Source: Fastidiosibacter lacustris
Lineage (GTDB): Bacteria > Pseudomonadota > Gammaproteobacteria > Francisellales > Francisellaceae
Length of the DNA: 29,504 nucleotides
Assembly: GCF_003428155.1 (NCBI RefSeq)
Contig: NZ_QLIR01000022.1
Coordinates: 1-29,504 of the forward strand
Direction of reading: 5' to 3'
A model generated the notes under the pieces. The model was given only the letters and a program-made list of their open reading frames with translations, ran no database searches and was not told the DNA's origin. Both the position numbers and the translations under genes were made by a program. This document shows positions 1 through 7,923 of this stretch, piece by piece (positions within the stretch are counted from its first letter, which is position 1; each line of letters starts with the position of its first letter).

Positions 1-25
1 GATGAATTTATTATTAGTATCCAAC

Positions 26-86
26 ATGAGGTTGCTCCTGTTTTTGATTTATTTTGTTTCACGTTTATCAAAACAGGCAACCTCAT
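26..86 (-). terminator. Long imperfect stem-loop downstream of the Hsp70-like gene; possible transcription stop or REP-like element
   Basis: 26-44 ATGAGGTTGCTCCTGTTTT pairs with 70-86 AAAACAGGCAACCTCAT, giving 17 bp with a 2-nt bulge and a 25-nt loop. No U-run follows on the minus strand, so it is not a canonical intrinsic terminator. Confidence 0.3.
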
Positions 87-139
87 CTAAGTCAAGATGA
101 ATGTCAGATTATATCTAGACTAATACACTTTAAAAATGG

Positions 140-1924
140 TTAACGAATTGTTTCAAATGCAATTTTCCATTGATCATTATTTTCCAATGATTTTGCTGTT
201 AATTCCAATGTTCCTATTTCGGTATGCATTGCACTGATATGAACTGGAACCGACGTACCATTTGTGTAATTATCTGCTGATAGGGTTAATCTAAGTGGCG
301 ATAGTTCAATTAACCCAGCTTGCTCCCAATTAGTAAATACATCGCCCAATTGATCATTTACACGGTGGTTGGCAGCAAAGAACCTAAACTCAACGGGCTC
401 CCCCACGATGAGGGAAAAAGTTTCTGCTTCGTAAGTCGTAACCTCACCTGCTTCCATACCTTGAGTAGCAATACAAAGTGCTTCAGTTTGTGGTTGAAAG
501 CCAGGAATCGCAGGCATGGGTGATTCAATTCCAATATAAAATGAATGCGATGCGCCACCTTTAATACGAATACCATTTCCTTGTAAAGCATCAGCAAAAA
601 CTGTTGCACCAATGGCTACTGACGTGTCATATTCCGCATTTTCCAATTCAACGGCAAAAACTTTACCTTCTATCTCCAACCATTTATTAATTGTTTGCAT
701 AATTTGAGTGCGCAAAATTTTTGGTTTAAAAACACCACCATTGAATAACACGACGCTTGGTGCTACAAAGCTCTGCTCTTTTTCGGCTTGTTTACTCAAA
801 AACAAAGCCAAATGTTTAGTAATTGCTGGCTCTTGCGCATAGGTTAAAGAAAACCGACTCAAACCTGATCGTGGATTTGCTTTGGGGTGATCTGTAATCG
901 ATACTTGTGGGAAAAACCCTTGTAAAATAATGCGTTCGACATCTTTTTTAGCCAACGTCTCTGAAACAGCGTTAGCAAAGATATTTGAGGATCTGCCTGG
1001 AATAGAAACCGATATTTCATTCAAACTCTTATCACTTAACAGCTTTTCTTTTGCATTACGACAACTATGTACCAAAGCCTGCATTTGCCAAGGTTCTAAG
1101 CGCTGACCGCTGTCCAATAAACGCTGTTGCAGCGTATGTGCTAGCATTAAATCAATATTGTCACCACCTATTAAAATATGATCACCTACAGCAATTCTTC
1201 TTAGTGCTAAATTCCCGTTATCATCTTCTACTTTAATGAGTGAAAAATCTGTTGTCCCACCACCGACATCAATGACTAAAATAGTATCATCAATCGATAG
1301 TTTATCTCGCCAATTTTCATTATTATTAATCCAACCATACAAAGAAGCTTGTGGCTCTTCCAGTAAAATGACATCTTCAAAATCACATAACCTTGCAGCT
1401 TCTGCTGTTAAATCCCGAGCGGCTGGTTCAAAGGATGCAGGAATAGTGATGATTATTTTTTGCTGAAATAAAGGCGCATCAGGAAAAGCACTATTCCACG
1501 TTTTCTTTATGTGTTCAAAATAATAAGTATAGGCCTCAAGTGGGGAGATGCGTTCAACACCCTCCGCAGCTTGATAAGGTAAAAGCGCTTTTCTCTTATC
1601 AATACTGGATTGACATAACCAACTTTTGACACTAGAGATTACTCTATTAGGAGTTGTTTGTGCTTTTAGTTTGGCATGCTCACCCACAATCACTGTTGTT
1701 TCACTTTGCCATGGCAAATTTATATCCGACAGAGTGAGTTCAAGTTCACTTGGAATATACAAAAACGAAGGCATGAGTATCTTTGATTCATATTGATTTT
1801 TAGCAAAAAATTGAGGTATAGCTAAACTACAAATACTATCCTCGCTCTTTAACCTTTTATAGGTAATAGCAGAATTTGTCGTTCCTAAATCTATCCCAAT
1901 TAAATATTTTGCATGATGAGACAC
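140..1924 (-). CDS. Hsp70-family ATPase (DnaK/HscC-like actin-fold NBD) with a non-canonical C-terminal domain
   Basis: 594-aa ORF. N-terminal phosphate-1 motif IGIDLGTTNSAI, then VIDVGGGTTDFSLI and IGGDNIDL in Hsp70 order. The C-terminal ~200 aa do not look like the DnaK lid. The start codon abuts the stop codon of the upstream DUF2760 gene. Confidence 0.85.
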   Translation of the reverse strand: MSHHAKYLIGIDLGTTNSAITYKRLKSEDSICSLAIPQFFAKNQYESKILMPSFLYIPSELELTLSDINLPWQSETTVIVGEHAKLKAQTTPNRVISSVKSWLCQSSIDKRKALLPYQAAEGVERISPLEAYTYYFEHIKKTWNSAFPDAPLFQQKIIITIPASFEPAARDLTAEAARLCDFEDVILLEEPQASLYGWINNNENWRDKLSIDDTILVIDVGGGTTDFSLIKVEDDNGNLALRRIAVGDHILIGGDNIDLMLAHTLQQRLLDSGQRLEPWQMQALVHSCRNAKEKLLSDKSLNEISVSIPGRSSNIFANAVSETLAKKDVERIILQGFFPQVSITDHPKANPRSGLSRFSLTYAQEPAITKHLALFLSKQAEKEQSFVAPSVVLFNGGVFKPKILRTQIMQTINKWLEIEGKVFAVELENAEYDTSVAIGATVFADALQGNGIRIKGGASHSFYIGIESPMPAIPGFQPQTEALCIATQGMEAGEVTTYEAETFSLIVGEPVEFRFFAANHRVNDQLGDVFTNWEQAGLIELSPLRLTLSADNYTNGTSVPVHISAMHTEIGTLELTAKSLENNDQWKIAFETIR

Positions 1925-2422
1925 TTATATCACCTCCACTTCAGCTGGTTGTAATATATTCAGATTCGCTTCACTCGTTACATTGGGCAAGTAAATTTCC
2001 TTTATTTTCCACCCTTGATGAATCAAACGACCGTGTAAAACATTTGTTTCACTTACGTTACCTGTTAAATCTATGCTTTGACGATCAAAACCTGAGTGTA
2101 ATGTAATTTCGCTATTTTCTTTTTCTAGGCACACAGGTTCTATTGAACAATAACCATACAATGCTTTTTGGCATTTATTGTGTATTTCTCTTGCTACAGC
2201 CGCAACCTGAGTATCATCATAATGATCTAAGTTTTGATGTAGAAAATCGATAAGCCTTCCTTTTTTTTGTAATATAGCTAGTAGTTGCTTTGCTGAGTTT
2301 GTATCCATTTCCCCTTGTTGAATATTGGTGGTTGATGAATATGTCTCTGTGTTATTCTCAGTTACAAGTGTGCCTGTAAAAAAGCACTTCAAACGTTGCT
2401 TCCATGAGAGTTTAATCAACAT
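1925..2422 (-). CDS. DUF2760-like protein, the usual partner of atypical Hsp70 genes
   Basis: 165-aa ORF. The central LLAILQKKGRLIDFLHQNLDHYDDTQVAAVAREIH and the C-terminal HQGWK...LQPAEVEV resemble DUF2760 as I remember it. Stop at 1925-1927 directly abuts the Hsp70 ATG at 1924 (translational coupling). Confidence 0.65.
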   Translation of the reverse strand: MLIKLSWKQRLKCFFTGTLVTENNTETYSSTTNIQQGEMDTNSAKQLLAILQKKGRLIDFLHQNLDHYDDTQVAAVAREIHNKCQKALYGYCSIEPVCLEKENSEITLHSGFDRQSIDLTGNVSETNVLHGRLIHQGWKIKEIYLPNVTSEANLNILQPAEVEVI

Positions 2423-2544
2423 GCTTTGATTCCTAAATACATCTCTTTAATCATGCGTATAGTTAGTTTAACTCAAGCCTATATCAGCTACAAACCATTT
2501 TACGAGGTTTATAATCCACGATTACATCAAAAGTATTTCATGTT

Positions 2545-2573
2545 TTGACTAGTAATCTTATTTAACCAATAAT
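2545..2573 (+). promoter_or_regulatory. Candidate sigma70 promoter for the acyltransferase/ACP operon
   Basis: TTGACT (2545-2550), 17-nt spacer, AATAAT (2568-2573), about 34 nt upstream of the 2607 ATG. AT-rich background makes chance matches likely. Confidence 0.3.
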
Positions 2574-2606
2574 TACAACTAAAAATTATGGTTAACTAAC
2601 GATACA

Positions 2607-3386
2607 ATGCTTATTTTAAAAAAGGTTAATTATTTATGGCGGCTTTTTGCAACAGGGCTATGTTTTTTATTGTTTTCTATTGGTAGCTTAATACTTGGTT
2701 ATCTGATCATTCCAAGTGTAATTGCCATTTCTACAATCACAAAATCCAAAAAGTCAAAAAAGCATATTGTACAATATTGTATATATCTGACTTTTAGATA
2801 CTTTACCCAAACCTTGTCATGTTTAGGTTTAGTTGATTATCAATTTAATGGCTTTGAAAAATTGCAACAAGATCAAGGTACTTTATTTCTTGCAAACCAC
2901 CCAACCTTGATTGATTATGTTTTGATTGTTTCTAAACTTCCTTGTTGTGACAACATCGTAAAAGCATCACTATGGCAAAACCGCTTTGTTCGCAAAGTCA
3001 TATCAGATGCAAGCTATATTCCTAATATTAATCCAGAACAGACTTTTGATGGTATAAAAAATACATTGTCAAAAGGTAATAACTTATTGCTATTTCCAGA
3101 AGGAACACGTAGCTCACCAAATAAACCTATTACGTTAAAGCGAGGGGCTGCACAAATTGCATTAAGAGCAAATGCACCAATTCGAGTGATTTATATCACT
3201 TGTATTCCAAGCACACTGGCAAAAAACGATAAATGGTATAAAATACCCGCCAAAAAACCAGTCTTCACATTAACTGTTGGTGATCTTATAGATCCCTACT
3301 TGATTTTGCAACAATGTAATGGTTTACCTTCTGTTGCAGCAAGAAGACTGACAAAAATACTTGAAGAACAACTACAAGGCAAATAA
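2607..3386 (+). CDS. Lysophospholipid/1-acyl-glycerol-3-phosphate acyltransferase family (PlsC/LPLAT)
   Basis: 259-aa ORF with an N-terminal TM segment, HX4D catalytic motif (NHPTLIDY) and FPEGTRS motif. Confidence 0.85.
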   Translation: MLILKKVNYLWRLFATGLCFLLFSIGSLILGYLIIPSVIAISTITKSKKSKKHIVQYCIYLTFRYFTQTLSCLGLVDYQFNGFEKLQQDQGTLFLANHPTLIDYVLIVSKLPCCDNIVKASLWQNRFVRKVISDASYIPNINPEQTFDGIKNTLSKGNNLLLFPEGTRSSPNKPITLKRGAAQIALRANAPIRVIYITCIPSTLAKNDKWYKIPAKKPVFTLTVGDLIDPYLILQQCNGLPSVAARRLTKILEEQLQGK

Positions 3387-3391
3387 TAGCA

Positions 3392-3712
3392 ATGAGCAAT
3401 AAACAACTTGAACTTGAGCTTAAAAATCTCATCATTGAGGTGCTGAATCTCGAGGACTTAACCGCTGATGATATCAATAGTGATACATTATTATTTGGAG
3501 ATGAGCTTGGTTTGGACTCCATTGACGCACTTGAACTTGGTGTGACCCTCAAAAAGAAATACAATATTGAGATAGATAGAGAAAATGAGGATATAAAGCA
3601 ATATTTTGAATCTGTTGCAAAACTTGCACAATTCATTAAGCAACAAAAAAAGACAAAAAATGATCACATCAAAAGAAAAAATTCATCAAGAATTAAAAAG
3701 CATATTTGCTGA
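3392..3712 (+). CDS. Acyl carrier protein (phosphopantetheine attachment site), with an unusual basic C-terminal tail
   Basis: GLDSIDALEL matches the ACP DSL-type serine motif. The ORF runs 53 nt into the next ACP gene; the 3' end may be an artefact of a 1-nt change in an A-tract (see findings). Confidence 0.75.
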   Translation: MSNKQLELELKNLIIEVLNLEDLTADDINSDTLLFGDELGLDSIDALELGVTLKKKYNIEIDRENEDIKQYFESVAKLAQFIKQQKKTKNDHIKRKNSSRIKKHIC

Positions 3713-3914
3713 ACTTTTTGAACTTGATCCCCAGAATGTCACATTGCAGGCAAAATTATATGAAGACCTTGACTTAGATAGCATTGACGCAGTTGATTTA
3801 ATTGTCTATCTTCAAGGCAAAACAGACAAACAATTTAAGCCTGAAGAATTTAAGTCAGTAAAAACGGTCTCTGATATTGTCGACATCATTCATCAAGAAC
3901 TCAGTAATAAATAA
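3660..3914 (+). CDS. Acyl carrier protein, second copy
   Basis: LDLDSIDAVDL serine motif. Start chosen at the internal ATG (MITSKEKIHQELK...) of ORF 3606-3914, giving a typical ~84-aa ACP. TAATG overlap with the next gene. Confidence 0.8.
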   Translation: MITSKEKIHQELKSIFAELFELDPQNVTLQAKLYEDLDLDSIDAVDLIVYLQGKTDKQFKPEEFKSVKTVSDIVDIIHQELSNK

Positions 3915-4507
3915 TGTCATTTCGCACTGTTGCTACAATAATCATCGGAATATTAATAGTTTTATACCCATTTATTGTATTTATTGGTTTTCATACTCTG
4001 CCTATCAAATGGTTATATCTATTATTAATTTGCTTATTTGCAATACGTGCGGTTTTTTCATCCAAACAAAAAAATCAAAGACATATAAGCAAAAAAATTT
4101 TTGTATTTGCTTCTTTAGGAGGGTTGGCATTTAGCCTATCAGGGCTTATGTTTGAGAACATTTTTTTTGTTAAGTTTTATCCAGTTATTATAAGTTTGCT
4201 TTTTTTTATTGTTTTCGCAACTTCATTGACTCAAAAGGAAAATGTTATCTATCAATTTGCTAAGAAAACTTCATCTAAAGAACTACCACATTTTGTGGTT
4301 TCTTACACCAAAAAGGTCACAATTTCATGGTGTTTGTTTTTTTTATCTAATGGCTTAATTTCACTTTATACTACTATGTTCAGCTCAATGAAGGTTTGGA
4401 TGTTATACAATGGTTTTATTGCTTATTTTGCGATTGCAACCATGATCACAGCTGAGCTTATTATTCGATTTTTTGTAAAGAGAAAATATAAAAATGATAG
4501 TCTTTGA
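3914..4507 (+). CDS. Small polytopic membrane protein of unknown function
   Basis: 197-aa ORF, very hydrophobic, about 5-6 predicted TM segments. Overlaps the neighbours by 1 nt (5') and 14 nt (3'), so it is part of the operon. Confidence 0.7.
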   Translation: MSFRTVATIIIGILIVLYPFIVFIGFHTLPIKWLYLLLICLFAIRAVFSSKQKNQRHISKKIFVFASLGGLAFSLSGLMFENIFFVKFYPVIISLLFFIVFATSLTQKENVIYQFAKKTSSKELPHFVVSYTKKVTISWCLFFLSNGLISLYTTMFSSMKVWMLYNGFIAYFAIATMITAELIIRFFVKRKYKNDSL

Positions 4508-5852
4508 TTTTCTATCATTTTCAACAAATACAGCAGATAAAGTTATTTTTTGCCATGACAAAAAAGATATTTTTCTATCTCAAATTCAAGATCAGATTTT
4601 TTTACTTGCGTCTAAACTAGTTAACTATTCTCAAAAGAATATTGCACTTTATTGCGATGATATTTACCATTTTTGTATTGCCTTTTTTGCTTGCCTTATT
4701 ACTGATAGAACAACTATTCTGTTACCAAATAATACTATTGGTGTAAAAAAAGAGTTAAAAGATCATTATGACGCTTTCTTAACTTTTGATGTATCTAAAA
4801 ACAGTTTCACATTAGATGGTCAAACTATAATTTTAACTGAAAAAAATAATGTCACTCAATCCAAAATTAGAATGACAACCATATCAATTGATGATTTGCA
4901 ACAAAAAGAAATTATTTTTTTTAGCTCTGGTTCAACTGGAACACCTAAAAAAATCACCAAACAATTTAGCTATGTTTTAAACGAAGTTATTGTTTTAGAG
5001 AATATATTTGGACAATATACAGCTAAGCTTTCAACTTTTTCTAGTGTTAGCCATCAGCATCTATATGGCTTTATTTTTTCCTTTTTATGGCCGCTATTAA
5101 CTTGTAAAAAAATCTATACCAAACTGATTCGCTATCCAGAAGAATTACAATTTAATTTGAAGTACAAAGAAAAATTTACCTTTATAACAAGCCCAACCTT
5201 ATTATCTCGTTTAGATTTCAGTGAAAAATTAAATAATATTATATGCTTTATCGCAGGTAGTTTGCTTAAAACCGACATAGCGCAGAAGGTCAAGCAAAAT
5301 CTACAATTAGAGCCATTTGAAATTTTAGGTAGTAGTGAAACAGGGATTATTGCTTGGCGTCAGCAGCTAAAAAATGAGCGTTGGCATTGTTTTGATAGTG
5401 TTCTCCTTCATCACAATTTTGAAAACTTATTAGCCGTTAGTTCTAATTTTTTTCCTGAAAAAATTTTAAGTACAGGTGATAAAATCCAATACCTTAATGA
5501 TAAAGAATTTATTTTACTAGGACGTTCGGATCGTATCGTTAAAATTGAAGGCAAACGCTTATCGCTTACTGAGCTTGAAAATAAGCTTAAATTACACCAC
5601 TGGATTGAAGACTGTTATGCTTTGAACTTACATAAAAATCGTGATTATATTGGTATTTTTATTGTGCTATCTCTTGTAGGTAAAAGTCAAAAACTCAACC
5701 AATCAGCACATATCTTTCACAGTCAATTACGTGCACATTTAAAACAGTGGTTTGAAAATATTTTGCTACCCAGGGCTTTTCGTTACGGCAATGAAATCCC
5801 ATTAAACCAGCAAGGGAAAGTTGATAAAGATGCTATTGCAAAATTGTTTTAA
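4494..5852 (+). CDS. AMP-dependent synthetase/ligase (adenylate-forming, acyl-ACP/CoA ligase-like)
   Basis: 452-aa ORF. AMP-binding core motif FFSSGSTGTPKKI, then ILGSSETG, GDK...GRSDRIVKIEGKR and C-terminal QGKVDK, typical of the ANL superfamily. Confidence 0.85.
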   Translation: MIVFDFLSFSTNTADKVIFCHDKKDIFLSQIQDQIFLLASKLVNYSQKNIALYCDDIYHFCIAFFACLITDRTTILLPNNTIGVKKELKDHYDAFLTFDVSKNSFTLDGQTIILTEKNNVTQSKIRMTTISIDDLQQKEIIFFSSGSTGTPKKITKQFSYVLNEVIVLENIFGQYTAKLSTFSSVSHQHLYGFIFSFLWPLLTCKKIYTKLIRYPEELQFNLKYKEKFTFITSPTLLSRLDFSEKLNNIICFIAGSLLKTDIAQKVKQNLQLEPFEILGSSETGIIAWRQQLKNERWHCFDSVLLHHNFENLLAVSSNFFPEKILSTGDKIQYLNDKEFILLGRSDRIVKIEGKRLSLTELENKLKLHHWIEDCYALNLHKNRDYIGIFIVLSLVGKSQKLNQSAHIFHSQLRAHLKQWFENILLPRAFRYGNEIPLNQQGKVDKDAIAKLF

Positions 5853-5900
5853 CTTCTTTTTGAAAAAAATATTCTCCAATTTTGATCAAAACGTTAACAT

Positions 5901-6314
5901 ATGCAAAAAATTAACCAATCACTTAGTATGGATAAAAATAAATTTGAATACCATCATATGGGCATTCCAACAACTAAAAGAAGAGCTGACGAACGCTACA
6001 GCTCAACCTTCAAAATGTATACCACAAAAGGACATAATTCTTTTAGAATACAATACCATCGCTTTGAAGTTGGTTGCCCACTTCATCCACTCATTCAATC
6101 TAAACCACATGTTGCTTTTAAAGTTTATAATCTAGATAAAGCAATTAAAGGTCATAAAGTCATTCTTGAACCTTATAGTCCATTTAATGGATTTAAGGTC
6201 GCCATGATTGAAGTGGAAGGAGCTCCTGTTGAATTAATTGAAACAAGTTTAACCGAAGAGCAAATCTGGAATGACGATCATAAAGGATCCCATGTCTATC
6301 CTGAGAAAGAATAA
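5901..6314 (+). CDS. VOC (glyoxalase/bleomycin-resistance fold) family protein
   Basis: 137-aa ORF. HHMGIPT near the N-terminus and VELIE near the C-terminus fit the metal-ligand His/Glu pattern of VOC proteins. Start uncertain (alternative ATG at 5928). Confidence 0.55.
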   Translation: MQKINQSLSMDKNKFEYHHMGIPTTKRRADERYSSTFKMYTTKGHNSFRIQYHRFEVGCPLHPLIQSKPHVAFKVYNLDKAIKGHKVILEPYSPFNGFKVAMIEVEGAPVELIETSLTEEQIWNDDHKGSHVYPEKE

Positions 6315-6560
6315 AATCTTTTTAAAACAAAGCTTTTAGCCGATCTACTAAAAAGTTTAATTTTTTGCCAAAAGACTAGGTTCTGTAAACCAAATTTTTT
6401 TACCACAGCCATATTAAACTTCCCTAAATGTGCAAAAACCCACTGAAACTGATCATTCTTTTATCAAATCTAGAAAAAACTCTGCAACAGTGTTTCAGCT
6501 TAGAAAAAAGCACTCAATCACGCCCCTTGTGGAAGAACCCCCAAAAAGATGGATCGTTAT

Positions 6561-7118
6561 TTAATCATCCATATTAAACCTTGCTGCACTAGGAATCCAG
6601 CGATATAAAATAGGAATGGAAATACCTAAATCTTTTGGTAATAGACCACTTTCAAGTAGCTTTTTGGCAGATTCTAATTTGCTGTCAGTCATTTTCCTTT
6701 TACGCCCATCGACTCGACCATTTTTCTTAGCGGCCTACAGCCCTGCTTTCGTTCGCTCAATGATGAGCTCTCATTCCATTTCTGCAAGAGATCCCATAAC
6801 ATGAAAGAAAAATTGACCTGATGGCGTCGATGTGTCTATTTGATCTGTGATACTTTTAAAGTTGACTCCCGCTTTATCTAAAGTTGAGACGACATCAATT
6901 AAATGCTTAAGGGATCGGCCTAATCGATCAAGTTTCCAAACAACAAGAGTATCCCCTTTTCTTAATACCTCAAGCGCCAAGTTTAAACCTTCTCTGTTTA
7001 CTTTACTGCCTGTTGATTTGTCATCATAAATTTTCTCACATCCAACATTAAGTAACTCTTTATGTTAGAAAGATAAATTTTGATCTTACGTACTTACACG
7101 CGCATAACCGACCAGCAT
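6561..7118 (-). pseudogene. Serine recombinase (Hin/Gin/Pin invertase or resolvase type) inactivated by four in-frame stop codons
   Basis: A single 186-codon frame reads MLVGYARVST*DQNLSF*HKELLNVGCEKIYDDKSTG...VVWKLDRLGRSLKHLI...SLAEME*ELIIERTKAGL*AAKKNGRVDGRKRKMT...ILYRWIP. The YARVST catalytic-serine motif, DRLGRS and a C-terminal HTH are present. It has 2 TAA, 1 TGA and 1 TAG, and no frameshift. Confidence 0.85.
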
Positions 7119-7121
7119 ACC

Positions 7122-7376
7122 TTACTCTAAAACCCATTGACCATTTTTTTTAATTTCTGTGTGCATAGCATCAGGTGCAATATCAAGTTCTCCAGGCCAG
7201 GTAACAGCGCCATGGCTAATGAAAGCTTTGTTAAAATAGTCTTCATCTTTTAGTACTTCAAAGACACCTGTGAGGTGAGACGGTTTAAATTTCACCACGC
7301 CTTCTAAGCCGTCTTCAAATTTTACTTTAAGCATCAGGTGCTGTTGTGGTACAACTGAGGTGACATTCCAATACAT
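7122..7376 (-). CDS. DUF2442 family protein
   Basis: LKVKFEDGLEGVVKF...AVTWPGELDIAPDAMH matches the DUF2442 pattern. Start placed at the internal ATG at 7376, which has an AGGAG Shine-Dalgarno 7 nt upstream. Confidence 0.75.
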   Translation of the reverse strand: MYWNVTSVVPQQHLMLKVKFEDGLEGVVKFKPSHLTGVFEVLKDEDYFNKAFISHGAVTWPGELDIAPDAMHTEIKKNGQWVLE

Positions 7377-7386
7377 GTGTATACTC

Positions 7387-7647
7387 CTACCGTAGTGGCT
7401 CAATTTTATAGGGCATTTTTTTCTGGGTGCATAGTTCCCAATCAAGCAGTAATTCTTTTTGATGCAACTCAGACCAGTCTAATATAAGGTTGAGCGCTCG
7501 CCGTGGTAAATTACCTTCTAATATTTTTAGTTCTTTAATATCGATAACACCTTGGTATTCTCCATAAATGGCATGAAAATGTGGTGGTGCATGATCATTC
7601 CAAAACATTTGGATAATAATCCCATAAAATGAGCTGATTGTTGGCAT
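7387..7647 (-). CDS. DUF4160 family protein
   Basis: MPTISSFYGIIIQMFWNDHAPPHFHAIYGEY... carries the H-x-PPHFHA signature of DUF4160. Start placed at the ATG at 7647 with GGAG upstream. Lies immediately upstream of its usual DUF2442 partner. Confidence 0.75.
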   Translation of the reverse strand: MPTISSFYGIIIQMFWNDHAPPHFHAIYGEYQGVIDIKELKILEGNLPRRALNLILDWSELHQKELLLDWELCTQKKMPYKIEPLR

Positions 7648-7923
7648 AAGCACTCCAAATATTCTCATAACGCATAAAAAGTATATAATGCCGCCTTATT
7701 AGATTCAAGAATGGTTTTTGAGAACATCGGACGCTTGAGAAATCATTGTCACAGCTATTCTCAATAAAACTGCTCACAAACGACCATTTTTAAGAAGGAA
7801 CCCATGTTGAATAAAAAACGTATTTCATTGCTGACAGATTCAGAAATTGATGGGCTTTTTCAAGGAGTAATTGCGTTAAGAGATCTTAACACTAGTCCTA
7901 TACTCCGTCCCCATTCAATACGG

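Noticed and set aside
320-2106. ORF-track entries 320-523(+), 358-612(-), 1051-1236(+), 1236-1466(+) and 1876-2106(+) inside or antisense to the Hsp70/DUF2760 genes
   Set aside because: They lie entirely within, or opposite to, much longer ORFs with clear family motifs. Their low-complexity translations carry no motifs, so they are shadow ORFs.
3286-6135. ORFs 3286-3636(-), 3877-4134(+) and 5821-6135(+) overlapping the acyltransferase/ACP/ligase operon
   Set aside because: They are antisense or out of frame relative to motif-bearing genes. The serine- and leucine-rich translations are typical of AT-rich shadow frames.
6616-7029. ORFs 6616-6804(+), 6847-7029(+) and 6771-6980(-) called as separate small genes
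   Set aside because: The + strand ORFs are antisense to the recombinase pseudogene. The 69-aa minus ORF is just the largest stop-free piece of that pseudogene.
6561-7118. Possibility that the in-frame stops in the recombinase gene reflect stop-codon reassignment or programmed readthrough
   Set aside because: TAA, TGA and TAG all occur, and all three are used as genuine terminators by neighbouring well-conserved genes. A pseudogene is the simpler explanation.
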